Assembly: GCA_000708835.1 (NCBI GenBank)
Contig: DF237011.1
Span: 186,001-250,000 of the forward strand
Source of the DNA: Klebsormidium nitens
Taxonomy: Eukaryota; Plantae; Klebsormidiophyceae
Length of the DNA stretch: 64,000 nt
Reading direction: 5' to 3'
Below are positions 46,417 through 58,311 of the stretch, piece after piece. The notes beneath the pieces are model-generated. The model did not search any database, was not told the DNA's origin, and saw nothing but the letters and a program-made list of their open reading frames with translations. Each line of letters begins with the position of its first letter. The first letter of the stretch is position 1. Made by a program: the position numbers and the translations under genes.

Positions 46417-49400
46417 GCCTCATCGTGATTTTGCCCCGCTCTCGCCCTTTTCTTTCTTCTTCCCCTTCCGATTCCGGTCCGCTTCCGCGTGTTCCGCTTC
46501 CTGCCTCCAAACGCCGTCAAGATCCGCCCAATCGAGCGCCAAATCCGGGCAACGTTCTACGCCGTGTCTCCGTTCCGCTCCCCTTCAGCCGTTCCGTTCC
46601 GGCCCCTCAACCGTCTTGCTCTGGCTGCCCGCCGATTATGACGAATGTCAATTTCGCCACAAACTCGACGAATAAAGAACAGTCGCCAAATCTTACAGCG
46701 CTCGCGCCCACAAACTCCTTGCCCTCCACCGTTCCCTCACAGAACGCCCCGCTACGCGCGCGCGCCCGGTTGCCCGCGGCCGCGGCAACGGCCGCTCTGC
46801 TCTCCCCTCTTTGTTCAATAGCCTTTCCATCCTCCTCTTCGTCTCGACGTAGCAGGCTGAGAAATTCTGCGAAGCTCGCATGCGCAAAAACGACCACTCC
46901 CAAAAATCATCTCGCTTTGGGAAATGCTTTGGGAAATGCATTCTTTGGGAAATGAATTCTCTAGATCACACCCGGGCTTCTTCTCATTCTCGGATGCAAA
47001 CGGGCAGCAACCACTCGGCCTCTGTCCGGACAAAGAAGTCAACAATATCGATGACAAGAGGCTATGGAGCGGGCGAGTTCCGCCCATTCTTCGCGCCCTC
47101 TAGATCTTGTCCGGCGCCGGAAGGCCTTTGGACGTCTCCGCCCTGTATACCCTGACCTCGATCTGCTTACCTGAAACTTTGGACAAAAGCTCCACCCCTA
47201 CTAGTGGCCCGAAGAACGTTCTCAGTTCTTTGGTTCTCTGAAAGTAGAGCCCCTTCGCCGCTCTCCTCTTCAAGGAGCCCCCAGCCCCGCCTTTCAGTTC
47301 ACTGCTGTCCGCCCGGTAAGTTCGGGATTCCGGTCTTGCAGATCATCATTTCCGCCGAGCTTCAGTACGTCAGGCGCCCCTCTGTCCTCACTTCCATTGG
47401 AAACTCCGCCTACCCGGGTGGGTTATCCCCCGACTTCGTAGCACCCAAACCCGCCTCATTCTCCCGCGAACCAAACTCCCCGCTGACGTCACGTATACCT
47501 CAGCGTTCTCCCCAGCCTTTTTATTACGGTACGAATGTAAGAACCGTTCCGGTCGCCTCCAAGCGTTGAGCCTCGGCGTCGCCCCCACTTTCCGCCGCTT
47601 CGATCCACGCCTGGGGTTCCGTTGCATCAACAAACACAGGAATCTTTTGCCGTTAACCACCGACGATTATGGGCTTGTTAAGGAGTGGTTATGTGTCCAA
47701 CAGACTTGGGCGGTGACCAGCAGCTGTGGATCAAAGTTAAACACCGGCTATTTATCCAACAACCCGAAATTGAGACTGGTAAACAGCCTAATTAGCGGCC
47801 AGAATTTCTTCTGAAATCTGCGGTCAAAGCAAGCGCGGGCGGGCGAGTGCGGCCCCATCCCCACCGTCGCTTCCCCCTTCCGTTTCCGCTCCATCTTTCG
47901 TTCCGCTCTCAGCTCGCGGGACCGCACCGGACGAAGCCCGTCTTTTCGCAGATATACAGACGGCTCGAAACTTCTAGGTACTTCTGTTCCGATGATAGAC
48001 TCAGCCCTCGTAAGCATCCACCTCGTCACCGTCCGCTTCCGGCTGACGTCACATGCAGCTTGAGGCCTCTGAGGGAGTTCAGCGCAACGAGGCCCCAACA
48101 GTTAGGAACTTAATGTTGGGGCCGAACCAAGTGTCAGTCGATAGGTCCATGTGGGCAATCTTGTGCGCACATTCGAAACCTGCGAGGGGACGGAAAGAAT
48201 AAAGACAGAAAGTCGCGTTGTATCCTTCCAAGTGCCGGTTGATCAGCACGCGGCGACGTCGGAAGTAATCAAAGTACTCTGAGGTCGCCGGAAGGAAGGA
48301 CGACTGCATGTTTCCCCGCGACCAAGAAGCAGGCGCCTCGCTCTTGGTTCAGAGATGCAGAGCGGATGCGTTAGGGGAAGCAAAAGCGTACAGAGGAACG
48401 GCTTCAAATCAGAGGTACTTCGACGGCCGGGCCTGCACCAGAAAGCACGACAATACGAAAAAGCATACAAGCGGAACAAGATCCGATGCTCGGGAAGGCG
48501 CGCGCGGGCACCGCGCTGAGGGATCCTGAGAGGGAGACTCGCGCTTGCCCAACAGCTATTCTGTGCGCGAGCGGCGCAACGTGCGTGCGCGCTGTCAAGA
48601 TCAACGGCGGCCGGACAGGGGCAGCGTTAAAGTTCCATCTTTGTAGCTTTCAATAAAGACTCAGAACCGAGCTGGTCTCAAGGTCAGCTGAGTTGATTGT
48701 TTCATGCGATGGTCGACCGATCGGACTTAAGCAACATATCGGAGCAGGCGCGCGGTCATGCTAAGGAACAGCTCCAGATTTAGAGCGTAATCTGATGCGG
48801 TATGTACTTCAAGAACAATATAGGGGCGTTCAATTCAATCCTGGCAGTATACGAGGGGTACCCGTAATAAGCCAGCTTCTCTCAGGTACATGTCAGCCAA
48901 AAGGGGAAATAACTCCGCCCGTACTCCGAATCAGAGTTCCAAAAATTGATGAAATTGAATTCGAACACTAAAATTATTCGGGTGCATCGCTTTTTATAAG
49001 GGCGGCTCAGACTCGCCGCTGCGCCGATGGTCCGATCACCTTTCTGAAGCATCATAGTATGATCTTGTACTGCAGTGCATGTCCTTCCCAGACTACGGTT
49101 CATGCATGATAAGCTGTTCGAATGCTTGCGAGTATTCATATATCATGGCATCAGTGACATTCAGTTCAGAGCGCCATGCAATTTTGCCGCCTCTTGTGCA
49201 GTGTGTATCAGTCGGAAGACGGTGATTGCAATCGCCCACGCGGAACATATCATCAGTTTTCCACCGAGCCATATAAGAAGATGATATGCAAATGTTCTTC
49301 AGAACAAGGCCATTTGAACAACGTCAACAAATGCGCAGATAGCCGTAACGGATGCTTTACAACCTGACCATTTGTTTCAAATACCGTATGCATGCTGCAT

Positions 49401-51480
49401 ATAGCAGCATACTGCCCCGTACAAGTATACAGATTTCTAACTTGAAAATCAAGGCACACTGACACATTTTGTAAGTTTGTGCGAAGTGAGTTCGACGGGC
49501 GGGTAGGCCAGACAAGGACGCAAAACTACAAAGGTTGACGTACTCAAGTTCGATTGAAGAAGAACGCAAAGTACAATAAGCGGTGCGTTTGTGTGAAAGA
49601 TCAGCTATCGCTGCAACAGAGTAGGCAAAAAGTCTACGCAACGCTACTCGCGACCATGACGTGCTAACGTTATGATCAATGACTATCCGACTCCCTTTCT
49701 TCAAAGGCTATCTCTCGTTACTACTCTCGTTAGTAAATCAGCATCGATCTGGACTGGGAAGTCACTAACTGCACGACCACTGACTGCACGACCACTAACT
49801 GCACGACTCTCACCCTAAACGGACAATTAGGGCAACAGTTTTGTGTCATGTAACTTTCTCAACAAGCTGTCTGATTAGAAGCCGACAAATTTCTAAAGGA
49901 GGGGTGCTTGGGCGCCAATCCACTGTGAGGCAATAAATCAACGGAGCCTAAGCAACGGCGGCGGCTAATCAACTAATCAACGGCGGCCAAGTACTCAACA
50001 ACTAGGCAACGGTCGAAGAGTCGAACACAAATGTCTTTGTGTACGACAATGCACTCAGCGGCGCCGGCTGGTCACTCTACCGGCATCAGTATGCCAAAAG
50101 CTTCTCTGAATACAGTGGCCTCTTCGAGCAAAAACACTGGAGGTGGGGGGGCAAGAATCCGTTGGAGTCAAAAACCTAAAAACGTGAGAAGCGTAACACC
50201 CCAGAAACCCTAAACCCTTTAGAGGCTGGGGGGCACGAAACCGTTGGTCTTGCAGCGAGGGAAAAGGTTGTCCGGCTCGTAGAAGCCAGCACAGCCGTCA
50301 TTGTCGCAGCAGACGTAACGTCCTTGGGGGTCGTTGTTGTACCAGCAGCGGTTCGGGAAGTCTGACGCTGCTCCTAGGCCGCACACTCCTGCGAGAAGAC
50401 ACTCGACGTCAGCATGACATCAGTAAGCTCAGGTTTGAAACGACCTGCAACGGAGGTCGTGAAGTCGGAAGGTCAAACGGGCTTCGGAATCCCTTGCGAA
50501 AAGCGGATTCACACGTTTTGTAGTCCCTTCGGGCGCAAGTATTGGGAAACTAACCGGACGCCAAAGCGGATGCGATTTTTTAGTACCGCAAACAAATATG
50601 CCGAAGGGCTCTTGCAGCTTCAAGACTGTAGAAGCAATTTCCGAGGGAGTCAAAACACGTTATTGGTGCCCTTAGAAGCGGGTTCGGTTTCGAGATTCGT
50701 GAATAGGCGCGATTAGGCAAGGGGCCAACGCACTTCTATGCTGAGCAGCTCTTTCGGCATAGCCAGCATCCTCGGCAGAGTTATTGCTGATTCACATTTG
50801 GGACGGGGCAGAGCGCTTCATACGCAAGAAACAAACCCATGCCTAACCCTCATCGAGCATGCATCATTCACCCGGCTTTAACCATGATCCAAACCAGCTA
50901 CCCTTTTCTTTATTGATCACCTAGCTGGCACGGGAGGCCAAGCGGATAAAGAAAGGACGTGACCCATACCGGACTCGTTTTAACCCAAAGCTTCGTCTTT
51001 TTTAACCTTACACTACCCCAGTTTCCAACTTACCTTGCGGTCCACTGGCGGATGCGACGGGCGCGGGAGGCGGCATGCTACCGGACATGTTGGGCACATA
51101 ACCAAAGTTCTTGCAGTGCGGGGTTAGGTTATCGGCGTTGAAACCGTCGCAGCCCTGGTTATCGCAGCAGACGTAGCGGCCCTGGGGGTCGTTGTTGAAC
51201 CAACAACGGGTGGGGAAAGGCTCAGCGCCCGGCATTCCGCAAACGCCTGAGGAAATGGGGTTTCGATTAGACGGCCGAGTTCGAAGTTTCATACGGGCTT
51301 TGTGATTTCAAGACGTTCTTTGATCGTAGCTGTTAAAGGCACTGCCATACTCAAAAGAGACCCGCAAAATCTTTTCGAGTGCAAAAATAAAAGATTCTGG
51401 GGTTGAGAACACACCGTCTGGTGGAGCGCTATCTGGGTGAGGACATGAGATAATTCGAAGTTCGTTGAGCAGAGTGTCGG

Positions 51481-51738
51481 GCTATCAACGACATAACAAG
51501 TTAAAGAAAAACGTCATAACCAGGCCAACACAGGAAGGTTTGGCTGCTAACCAGGTTCGAAAACCACACTTCAGTCTGGTTCTTTGACCAAGAACCGCGT
51601 TGTAGCCATGTTAAAAGTTGGTACTGTTCGAGTTTGGTCATTGGACAGTTAACCAGCTTCGTTACCGAGTGTGGTTAACCGCCAAAAACCCTGTGCTATC
51701 AACGACATAACAAGTCAAAGAAAGCGTCATAACCAGGC
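51481..51738. mobile_element. MITE-like insert (51539-51686) flanked by ~45-bp direct repeats, paralog D intron 6
   Basis: Imperfect inverted ends tttggctgctaacc / ggttaaccgccaaa (12/14). gctatcaacgacataacaagt.aaagaaa..cgtcataaccaggc occurs at 51481 and 51695. Confidence 0.55.
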
Positions 51739-54280
51739 TAACGTAAACCTTACCCTGGTCACCCGTAGGAGGCGGGGGTGTCGTAGGAGGCGAAGGCGCC
51801 CCTCCGCTTGCGCCGAAGTTTGGAGGATAGTATCCACGGTTCTTGCAGTTGGGGGTGAGGTTGTCGGCAATGAATCCGTTGCAGCCTAGGTAGTCACAGC
51901 AGACGTATCGGCCCTGGAGGTAAGAGGAAAAAGAAGTCTTCGAACACTCTTCGAAGCGCTTGATTGGGATCCGTACGGCTTGACGTGCTCTGTGTCATAA
52001 ATTTTGAGCGGGGAGCCCCGCCTCTCCCAAGAGGGGCAGCATACGTATTCGCTCGACTTGAGCGTGAGAAGTTAAGCGCAGTGATTCACCCCTTGTTTAG
52101 AAGCTAACTAAAGCTACAGAGAATTTGAACTATGTAGTCCAACAAATGAGGCGAAAAGCCCCGGCCCACATAGGTTTGGCTTTGTTGCAAAAATGGAAAG
52201 CTCGCATGGTTTTGCTGGGTTACCTGGTTCTAAAGGACGAGAAAGCCTACATGGGTTGGCGGGACACGGTAAACCGTAACCCACTAAAAAGCCCACTTAC
52301 CTGGGGGTCGTTATTAAAGTAGCACCTCTGAGGGAAAGGGAGCCGCGTCCCCTAGGCCACAGACGCCTTGGTCCAAGTAAGGGCCTTGTATACAAGCAAA
52401 GCCGGGTTAGAACCGTTATCATGGCTGGTTGAGGGTATCTCGATCAGATTGAGAACAGAGTCCGTCTGTTGAGAGGGCCCCTAGCTGACCACAAAGTCGT
52501 AGTTGGGGCCGGATAATAATAAGTACTTTCTAACAAATGTGATGGTCTTTCTCTTGACTCGTTCTTAAGATTGCTACGCCAGTCCAGATGTCAACGTGAA
52601 AATTCCCTCGGGCCAATCAAAGCTGGCAGCTCCACAACTGATCAAACTATTCCGGGCGCTCTGCGAGAGCTGCCGTCACACTCCGGCAACAATCAGCCGC
52701 ATAGCATTCAAGGGCAGAGAAGATAGCTGTGCAGCGACTCATACAACATTGCGACCACAGCGGATTGCATGGAACATCAAAGTCAAAGAAATAAGGCGGA
52801 TTGACTGAAAATCTTGTACCGGACGGCGGAAAGTTGCCGAAGGGAATGGGAGGGCGACTCGACGTCGATGTGGGCGGCGGGGTTGCCGTCCAGGGCGTCG
52901 GTTGGGGAGCTGGATTTCTGCAAAGAAACGGAGCTACAATTTCAGTAACCCATGTTGGTTAAACGATCTTGGTCTAGTATCTTTCGACCAGAGAAAAAGC
53001 GCTTTTCCGAATTTCGTCTTGATCGGTATATCTTGATCAAGACGAGGCTGAAAAGACGAACGGGTTGTAAGCTGCACAAGCTCCTTGAGTAAACCGGTCA
53101 AAGGATTGTTTTTTTTTGCGCAAAATGCGGCCCCTGACTCAGTTGGACCTGATTTTGACCGGATCCGCTGGTGTCTCCGAGTGGACTCTCACACCGATTG
53201 CTTTAATCTGGATTTTGTAAGGGGATTTTAAGAGAATGACACCATATAACCAAGACGGTGAAGTGAGGATGCCGAAGTAGCGACGTCTGTTTTGTGTCCG
53301 GTGACGGGGTCCAGGAGGGTTCTGTATCCCGGTTAAGCAAACAACCGAGGTTGGAAAAAAGGAGCATCGGATTCATCTTAAACGTGAGCGATCGAGAACC
53401 TAGTCTAGCCTCATCTTGCTGATACGAAAACAAGTCGATTAAAAGTTGCCAGTCGACTTAGAGGAAGGTTTTGCTGGCGCGTTGAGCAAATCTCATCCTT
53501 CATGTAGTCTAATTATTTTTGTACATAAAACTTTAAGCATTCACAGACTCAAACGGCTATCGAACTTACGGCAGCTCGCAAGTGGTCCCCTGGACGTTGC
53601 TGGGGCAGGTACATTTGAAGGCACCCAAGACACCGTTGAAGTCTGCGACCGCCTGACACGTGCCTCCGTTCTTGCAGGGGTTGGGGTTGCACCGATCGGT
53701 TCCTGCGCGCCAAGAAGAAATTCTGTTCGGAAAACTGTAAAAGCCCCCAAGTAAGAGTACTTCTTTTGGCATCAATCCATTTGTTTCAATGTCAGGGAAG
53801 AGACCGTCTTTTCAAGGCAGCAAACCTCTTCTCAAAATGAGAATACAATCTTGTCTTCGGTGAAAGACAATTTCCTTGGAATGGAGGTTTCACTTGGACT
53901 TGTACTTGCGCGCAGCCTTCACCTCGCAAAACCTGCCCATTGATTACTCTGTGGGAAGATGTACACTCTTGGCAACAGATGTGTCGAGGCCTGGTTAAGG
54001 GCTCTTGTAATCTATATGAACATTGGGTGAGACCTAGTGAATGCCATGCCCTCATAACCAGAATGACAAGAGAAGAAACTCAGTCTCCTTTCTCAGGAAG
54101 CCTTGCTTTGAACCCCGTTCGAGCATCAGGGCCTAATCACCAATTAGCCAAGCCTCAGCAAAAGGGCACCTTCATCTTTACTACTCATTGTGACTCAGCT
54201 CCATTATGGACAGAAGCCTTACAGCAGAGTCTGACGATGCATGCATGACTTCATACCCAGCCTTATGGTAATTCTGAACA

Positions 54281-54433
54281 GAAAGACTAACGAAGAAACT
54301 GCATTCTGGAGAAGATGGCAGATCAGCCAGAGACACAGAAAGACTTCAAACCTGGCAGCGAAAGACTGACGAAGAAACTGCATTCTGGAGAAGATGGCAG
54401 ATCAGCCAGAGACACAGAAAGGCTTCAAACCTG
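54281..54433. repeat. Near-perfect ~74-bp direct repeat (period 79) in paralog D intron 2
   Basis: gaaagact(a/g)acgaagaaactgcattctggagaagatggcagatcagccagagacacagaaag(a/g)cttcaaacctg occurs twice. Confidence 0.92.
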
Positions 54434-56569
54434 CCATTGAGTACCTGACACGTAGGAAGGGTTCCTAGAGGGAAAGACTTCGGCCTACTTACCTGGCACG
54501 TAGCAGAAGTCTTCGTAGACGATGTGGCTGAGCACAGAAGGGGCGGCGCAGGTGCACACAGACTCGAGGAAGGTACGCCCTGAGACGCCGGTCGTCTTGT
54601 ATGTACACTGGTTAGCTGCAGGGCTACACCCGGGTTAGACCAGGGTGAGTGAAAGCCTGAAAACATGTAACACCTTTGCAGCATTGTCCAGCACAGGGCG
54701 CGGGCTTTTTGTCGACCAAAGACTGCTACTTCTCTTTTGCCAGGCTGATTGAAGTTTGGCTCTTGGCGCGTTGTTTGTTAGCAGCATAGTGAATGTTTTG
54801 GTGAGGATCAATGTCTCTGAACAGGAGAGGCGGAGCGTCAAATGAAGTTCAAGGGACGCGAAAAGGCCTTGTACAGCAGGCCTGACTCACTGTGGCACAT
54901 TGACTCTGGCTGACTTTGGCTGACCCTGGTTGACTCAGATTGATATGGACCAGATTCACAATCCACAGAAGTATCGAACACCTGAATCTACATTAGACAT
55001 CACACAAGAAGCAATGCCTGCCAATAGCTCCCAGGCTCAAAACACGGTCTTCTCCAGAGAGCCTGGCTTTTTGACAAACAAGTACAGGGTTGAGATGTTC
55101 ACAACCCTTTATATTGAGATGAAGCCCACAAAATGGAAGCGAGCAGGTCTTGAGGTCTAATTTCTGATAGGACAGCCAGCTTGCTACTTGATAAAAAAGG
55201 GCAAATGCATTGGGGGGCAGTTTTGACTGGGGACCATAAGCTTCAGGCCTTGCTAGATGAGAAGAACCTCAAAGGACCTGGTATTTGCCATTATGAATTG
55301 AGGAACATCTTTTTCAGGAGCAATCAGGAAAGGTTTTCAGCTGTTTGACCTTTGACAATTGGACAAGAGAGCAGAACAGCTTCAGCGAGCTTCCACCATG
55401 ACCTCCTGGAGGAACTTGGTCCCTTGCATTTGGTTGAGAGACAAGTTCTGAAGCTGATCCAAGCAGCATCTTATTTTTGTTCAAGTCACAAAACAACAGG
55501 GCCTGCATTCTCAAGCTGACTGCACAATGCAGCAATATGTCTGTCTGTCTCAACCAACTCTTTCTTTCACAGAAGACAATACATGACATTGCATGACAAC
55601 AGGAGCTTACATAAATGAGCTCAGGCTGACTATAACACAATGTGACACTCTGATACGTACGTCGGCGCAATTTCATAGGACATTTGGGCCCGTAATGTTG
55701 GATGGTTACGGGCTGGTTAGAAAGTGGGTGTATGTCCAATAGTGAGACTTGGGTGGTAACCAGCCTTGCAACAAGGTTGAAGCCGGGTTAATTGTCCAAT
55801 AACCAGAGACTCAAGTGCAGTTATCAGCCTGGTTAGCGGCCAAAGCTTCCTGTGATACCTTACCTGCACCACAAGGACCAGGGTTCCCAAAGCACTTATC
55901 CACAGCGCACACCGGGGGCAAGCCAAGGACTTCGCTCAGGGGAATGAACCCTGGGGGGCAGGAGAAGTCCCTGTCGGCAATCTGAGAAACAGTCGCCGTG
56001 GGAAGAGAGAGGCAGGTCGCTAGGAGGAGCAGAGCTGCGGCGGGGAGCGCCATCGCGGCGGCCATTTGCTAGCACCAGGAGCTCTGAATGGGAAGGCAAT
56101 CTAAATGCTGCTCAATGAGGTGTCGTCCTGAGACGTTCTAAAAACGAGCTGCACCTGGGAATGAGCTACCTACGACAATGCGAGCTGCAAATGTAGGGGA
56201 GGACAGGAAGGACCTTCTTGCGAATTGCTGTTTGATCTGCTCTGCAAATTATGCTGCCCCTAGTCTATCCATGCCACATGGATGATGGGCCATAATGCGT
56301 GGGAATGCCGGTGATAGGTAGTCTGGACTCTGGACTCTGGGCTCTGATTCTCAAGTCAGGATGTGTGCAGTGACTGTGCACTGTGAGTGGCAGAGCCTGA
56401 GAGACACCAATTTCACTGTGAGTGGCTACACTGTGGTCGCTGAAATTGGCTGGACGCGCCCTGCATTTCCAACGTCTCTATTTGGTACCGTAGCCAATCA
56501 CAAACAGGATGTCGTGTAAAAGGTTTTAACCAGGACAGGTGGACCCAGTGCTGCTGACAACTACCGTAC

Positions 56570-56771
56570 GTACCAATTGTCCGGTTGGGCAACAATAAAA
56601 TATTCTTTGACTTGCCCAAAAATCTGAATTGAAAATAAATTCCAATTAAGGATTTGCAGATCATTTTGCCCCGTAAAAAACCAAAATAAATGCATAAATG
56701 AAGCTGCCCAAAATCCATGAGATACGAAATTAATTATTGGGCAAAAAATTGCTCAACCGGACAATTGGTAC
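56570..56771. mobile_element. MITE, ~200 bp, 23-bp TIRs, AT-rich core
   Basis: gtaccaattgtccggttgggcaa against the reverse complement of 56749-56771, gtaccaattgtccggttgagcaa (22/23). No clear TSD. Confidence 0.75.
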
Positions 56772-56783
56772 GGTACCCGGGTC

Positions 56784-57032
56784 CCGTACTGCCATTCCCA
56801 TTCGCACCAAGCTGGTGCGAATACTAATTATTTTCGAAAGGTTTTTGTTTCGCTACCCGCTTCGACGAAGTTTCAAACTTTCGCAAAAGACCGTTTTTCT
56901 CCCAACCGAGATAGCCTGATTGCTGTCGTTTCTAAATGATTTCTTGTCTCCATTTTCGAACCTCGGTCGAAAGTTTCTTCATTGTTTTTTCGCTCGAAAC
57001 CAATTTTAGTGCGCATGGGAATGGCAGTACGG
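56784..57032. mobile_element. MITE, ~250 bp, 24-bp TIRs, adjacent to the previous one
   Basis: ccgtactgccattcccattcgcac against the reverse complement of 57009-57032, ccgtactgccattcccatgcgcac (23/24). No clear TSD. Confidence 0.75.
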
Positions 57033-57103
57033 TACGGTACTAGGTAGCTCTCAATTTCGCGACGTGTTGCCATGCTCGTTGCTGACTAAGGAGAGTGCCC
57101 GGA

Positions 57104-57150
57104 GGACGGGTAGGGTTGGTTTGGGGGTTAGGGTGGGTGCGGGTTCGGAG
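57104..57150 (+). repeat. 47-bp G-rich motif, directly repeated at 59446-59492; G-quadruplex potential
   Basis: ggacgggtagggttggtttgggggttagggtgggtgcgggttcggag against ggacgggtagggttagtatggtggttggtgtgggtgcgggtgcggag. The first copy has six G3+ runs. Confidence 0.7.
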
Positions 57151-57480
57151 GATATCTCACTTCCTGGTCTAGGTTTCTAGTTTTGTTGGTTCCCCCGAGC
57201 ACCATCCTTCCTACCTACTTTTTAGTACTTACTACTTAGTCAACATGCTCTTCAATAAGTCAACATGAAATTGAGAAGTACGGTATCTGCTGCCAGCTGG
57301 TAGGCTGGTAGCGCTGACTCCTGAGTCAGCGATGCCCGTCATTCGGCGATCTTTGCAGATTCACTCTGTTCAATGACGCTTATGTCGACATTGTGGCTAG
57401 GGTGTGACAGGCTATCTCGTCCTTCTGATGAAGCTACTAGGTAAGACTACTTCAGGCTTGCAATGGTCTTGACTCTTGAC

Positions 57481-58046
57481 CAGTGTTAAGATTAACTTTT
57501 TCAATTGGGAGTCCCGGGACACCTTGGGGTGTGTCATTGGGCGTTTTTTGGACACCCCAGGGATTTCAGTTGGGTGTCCCGGGTGTCCAAGCTGAGGACA
57601 CCTTTCAAGGCCCATTTGGGCGTCCAGATTGCCTCGGTAGTAGGTACATGCCTGTCATCGAGTGATCACACCGATCTTAGCCCAGGTGCTGTTTACAGTA
57701 GGTAGCTCAATTAAATAGCGCTGTACCGGCTACGGTGCGTAGCTAAAGCTGCCGGGCCGTCACCATAATACTACCGTCACTGGTTAGTGTTAAAAGCTTG
57801 ATGAAGCGGAACAAGGAAATTCATCAGGCTATATCAGGAAAATACCAGATTATGAAGAGAAATCGGCCCCCTGCTCGGTAACAAGGGACTTACTTTGGAA
57901 TCTCGGTCTGGCAATTGAGTGTCCTTGAGACCCCCTGACTGGGTCAAATGGGTGTCCTTCGGACACCCTGGCGACCCCCTTCGGGGGCTCATTTTGGCCA
58001 TTGGGGGTCACTTTTACCTGAGAGGGGACACCCAATCTTAACACTG
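57481..58046. mobile_element. Non-autonomous hAT-type DNA transposon, 566 bp
   Basis: Perfect 13-bp TIRs CAGTGTTAAGATT; perfect 8-bp TSD CTCTTGAC (57473-57480 and 58047-58054); many subterminal GGACACC/GGTGTCC motifs in both orientations. An 8-bp TSD with CAG termini is characteristic of hAT. Confidence 0.9.
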
Positions 58047-58311
58047 CTCTTGACATGTCACATACCGTACCTGATGTACCGGTATTAAAGTTAGGCTCTG
58101 CCAATCATACTGTACAGCCTGCGAGTTACCCCAGCCGCGAGTACCTACCTATATTAGCGCCGGTTAGTACCTAGCAGGTATGCATGTACTACCTATGTAC
58201 TTTATGCAGAGACTTCGTGGTCGTCATCAGCCCGTCATCACGCACAGCGAGAGGGGTTCAAATGAGCTTAGAAGTTAGTAGGCCCTGCAGACGCGAAGTT
58301 TGCGCTTTTAA

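Larger units (their letters stand above)
50219..56065 (-). pseudogene. Paralog D: same 8-exon architecture, 1-nt insertion in exon 5
   Basis: Exons 56065-55864, 54615-54493, 53702-53570, 52917-52820, 52384-52301, 51913-51754, 51246-51034 and 50388-50219. Exon 5 is 84 nt where 3n+2 is needed: GCT CCC TTT CCC TCA GAG against GCT CCC TTC CCG CAG AGG in C, giving an early TAA. No alternative AG restores the frame. Could be an assembly error. Confidence 0.75.

Noticed and set aside
46425-46955. 176-aa ORF with overlapping antisense ORFs
   Set aside because: Low-complexity GC-rich sequence with open frames on both strands and no domain signal.
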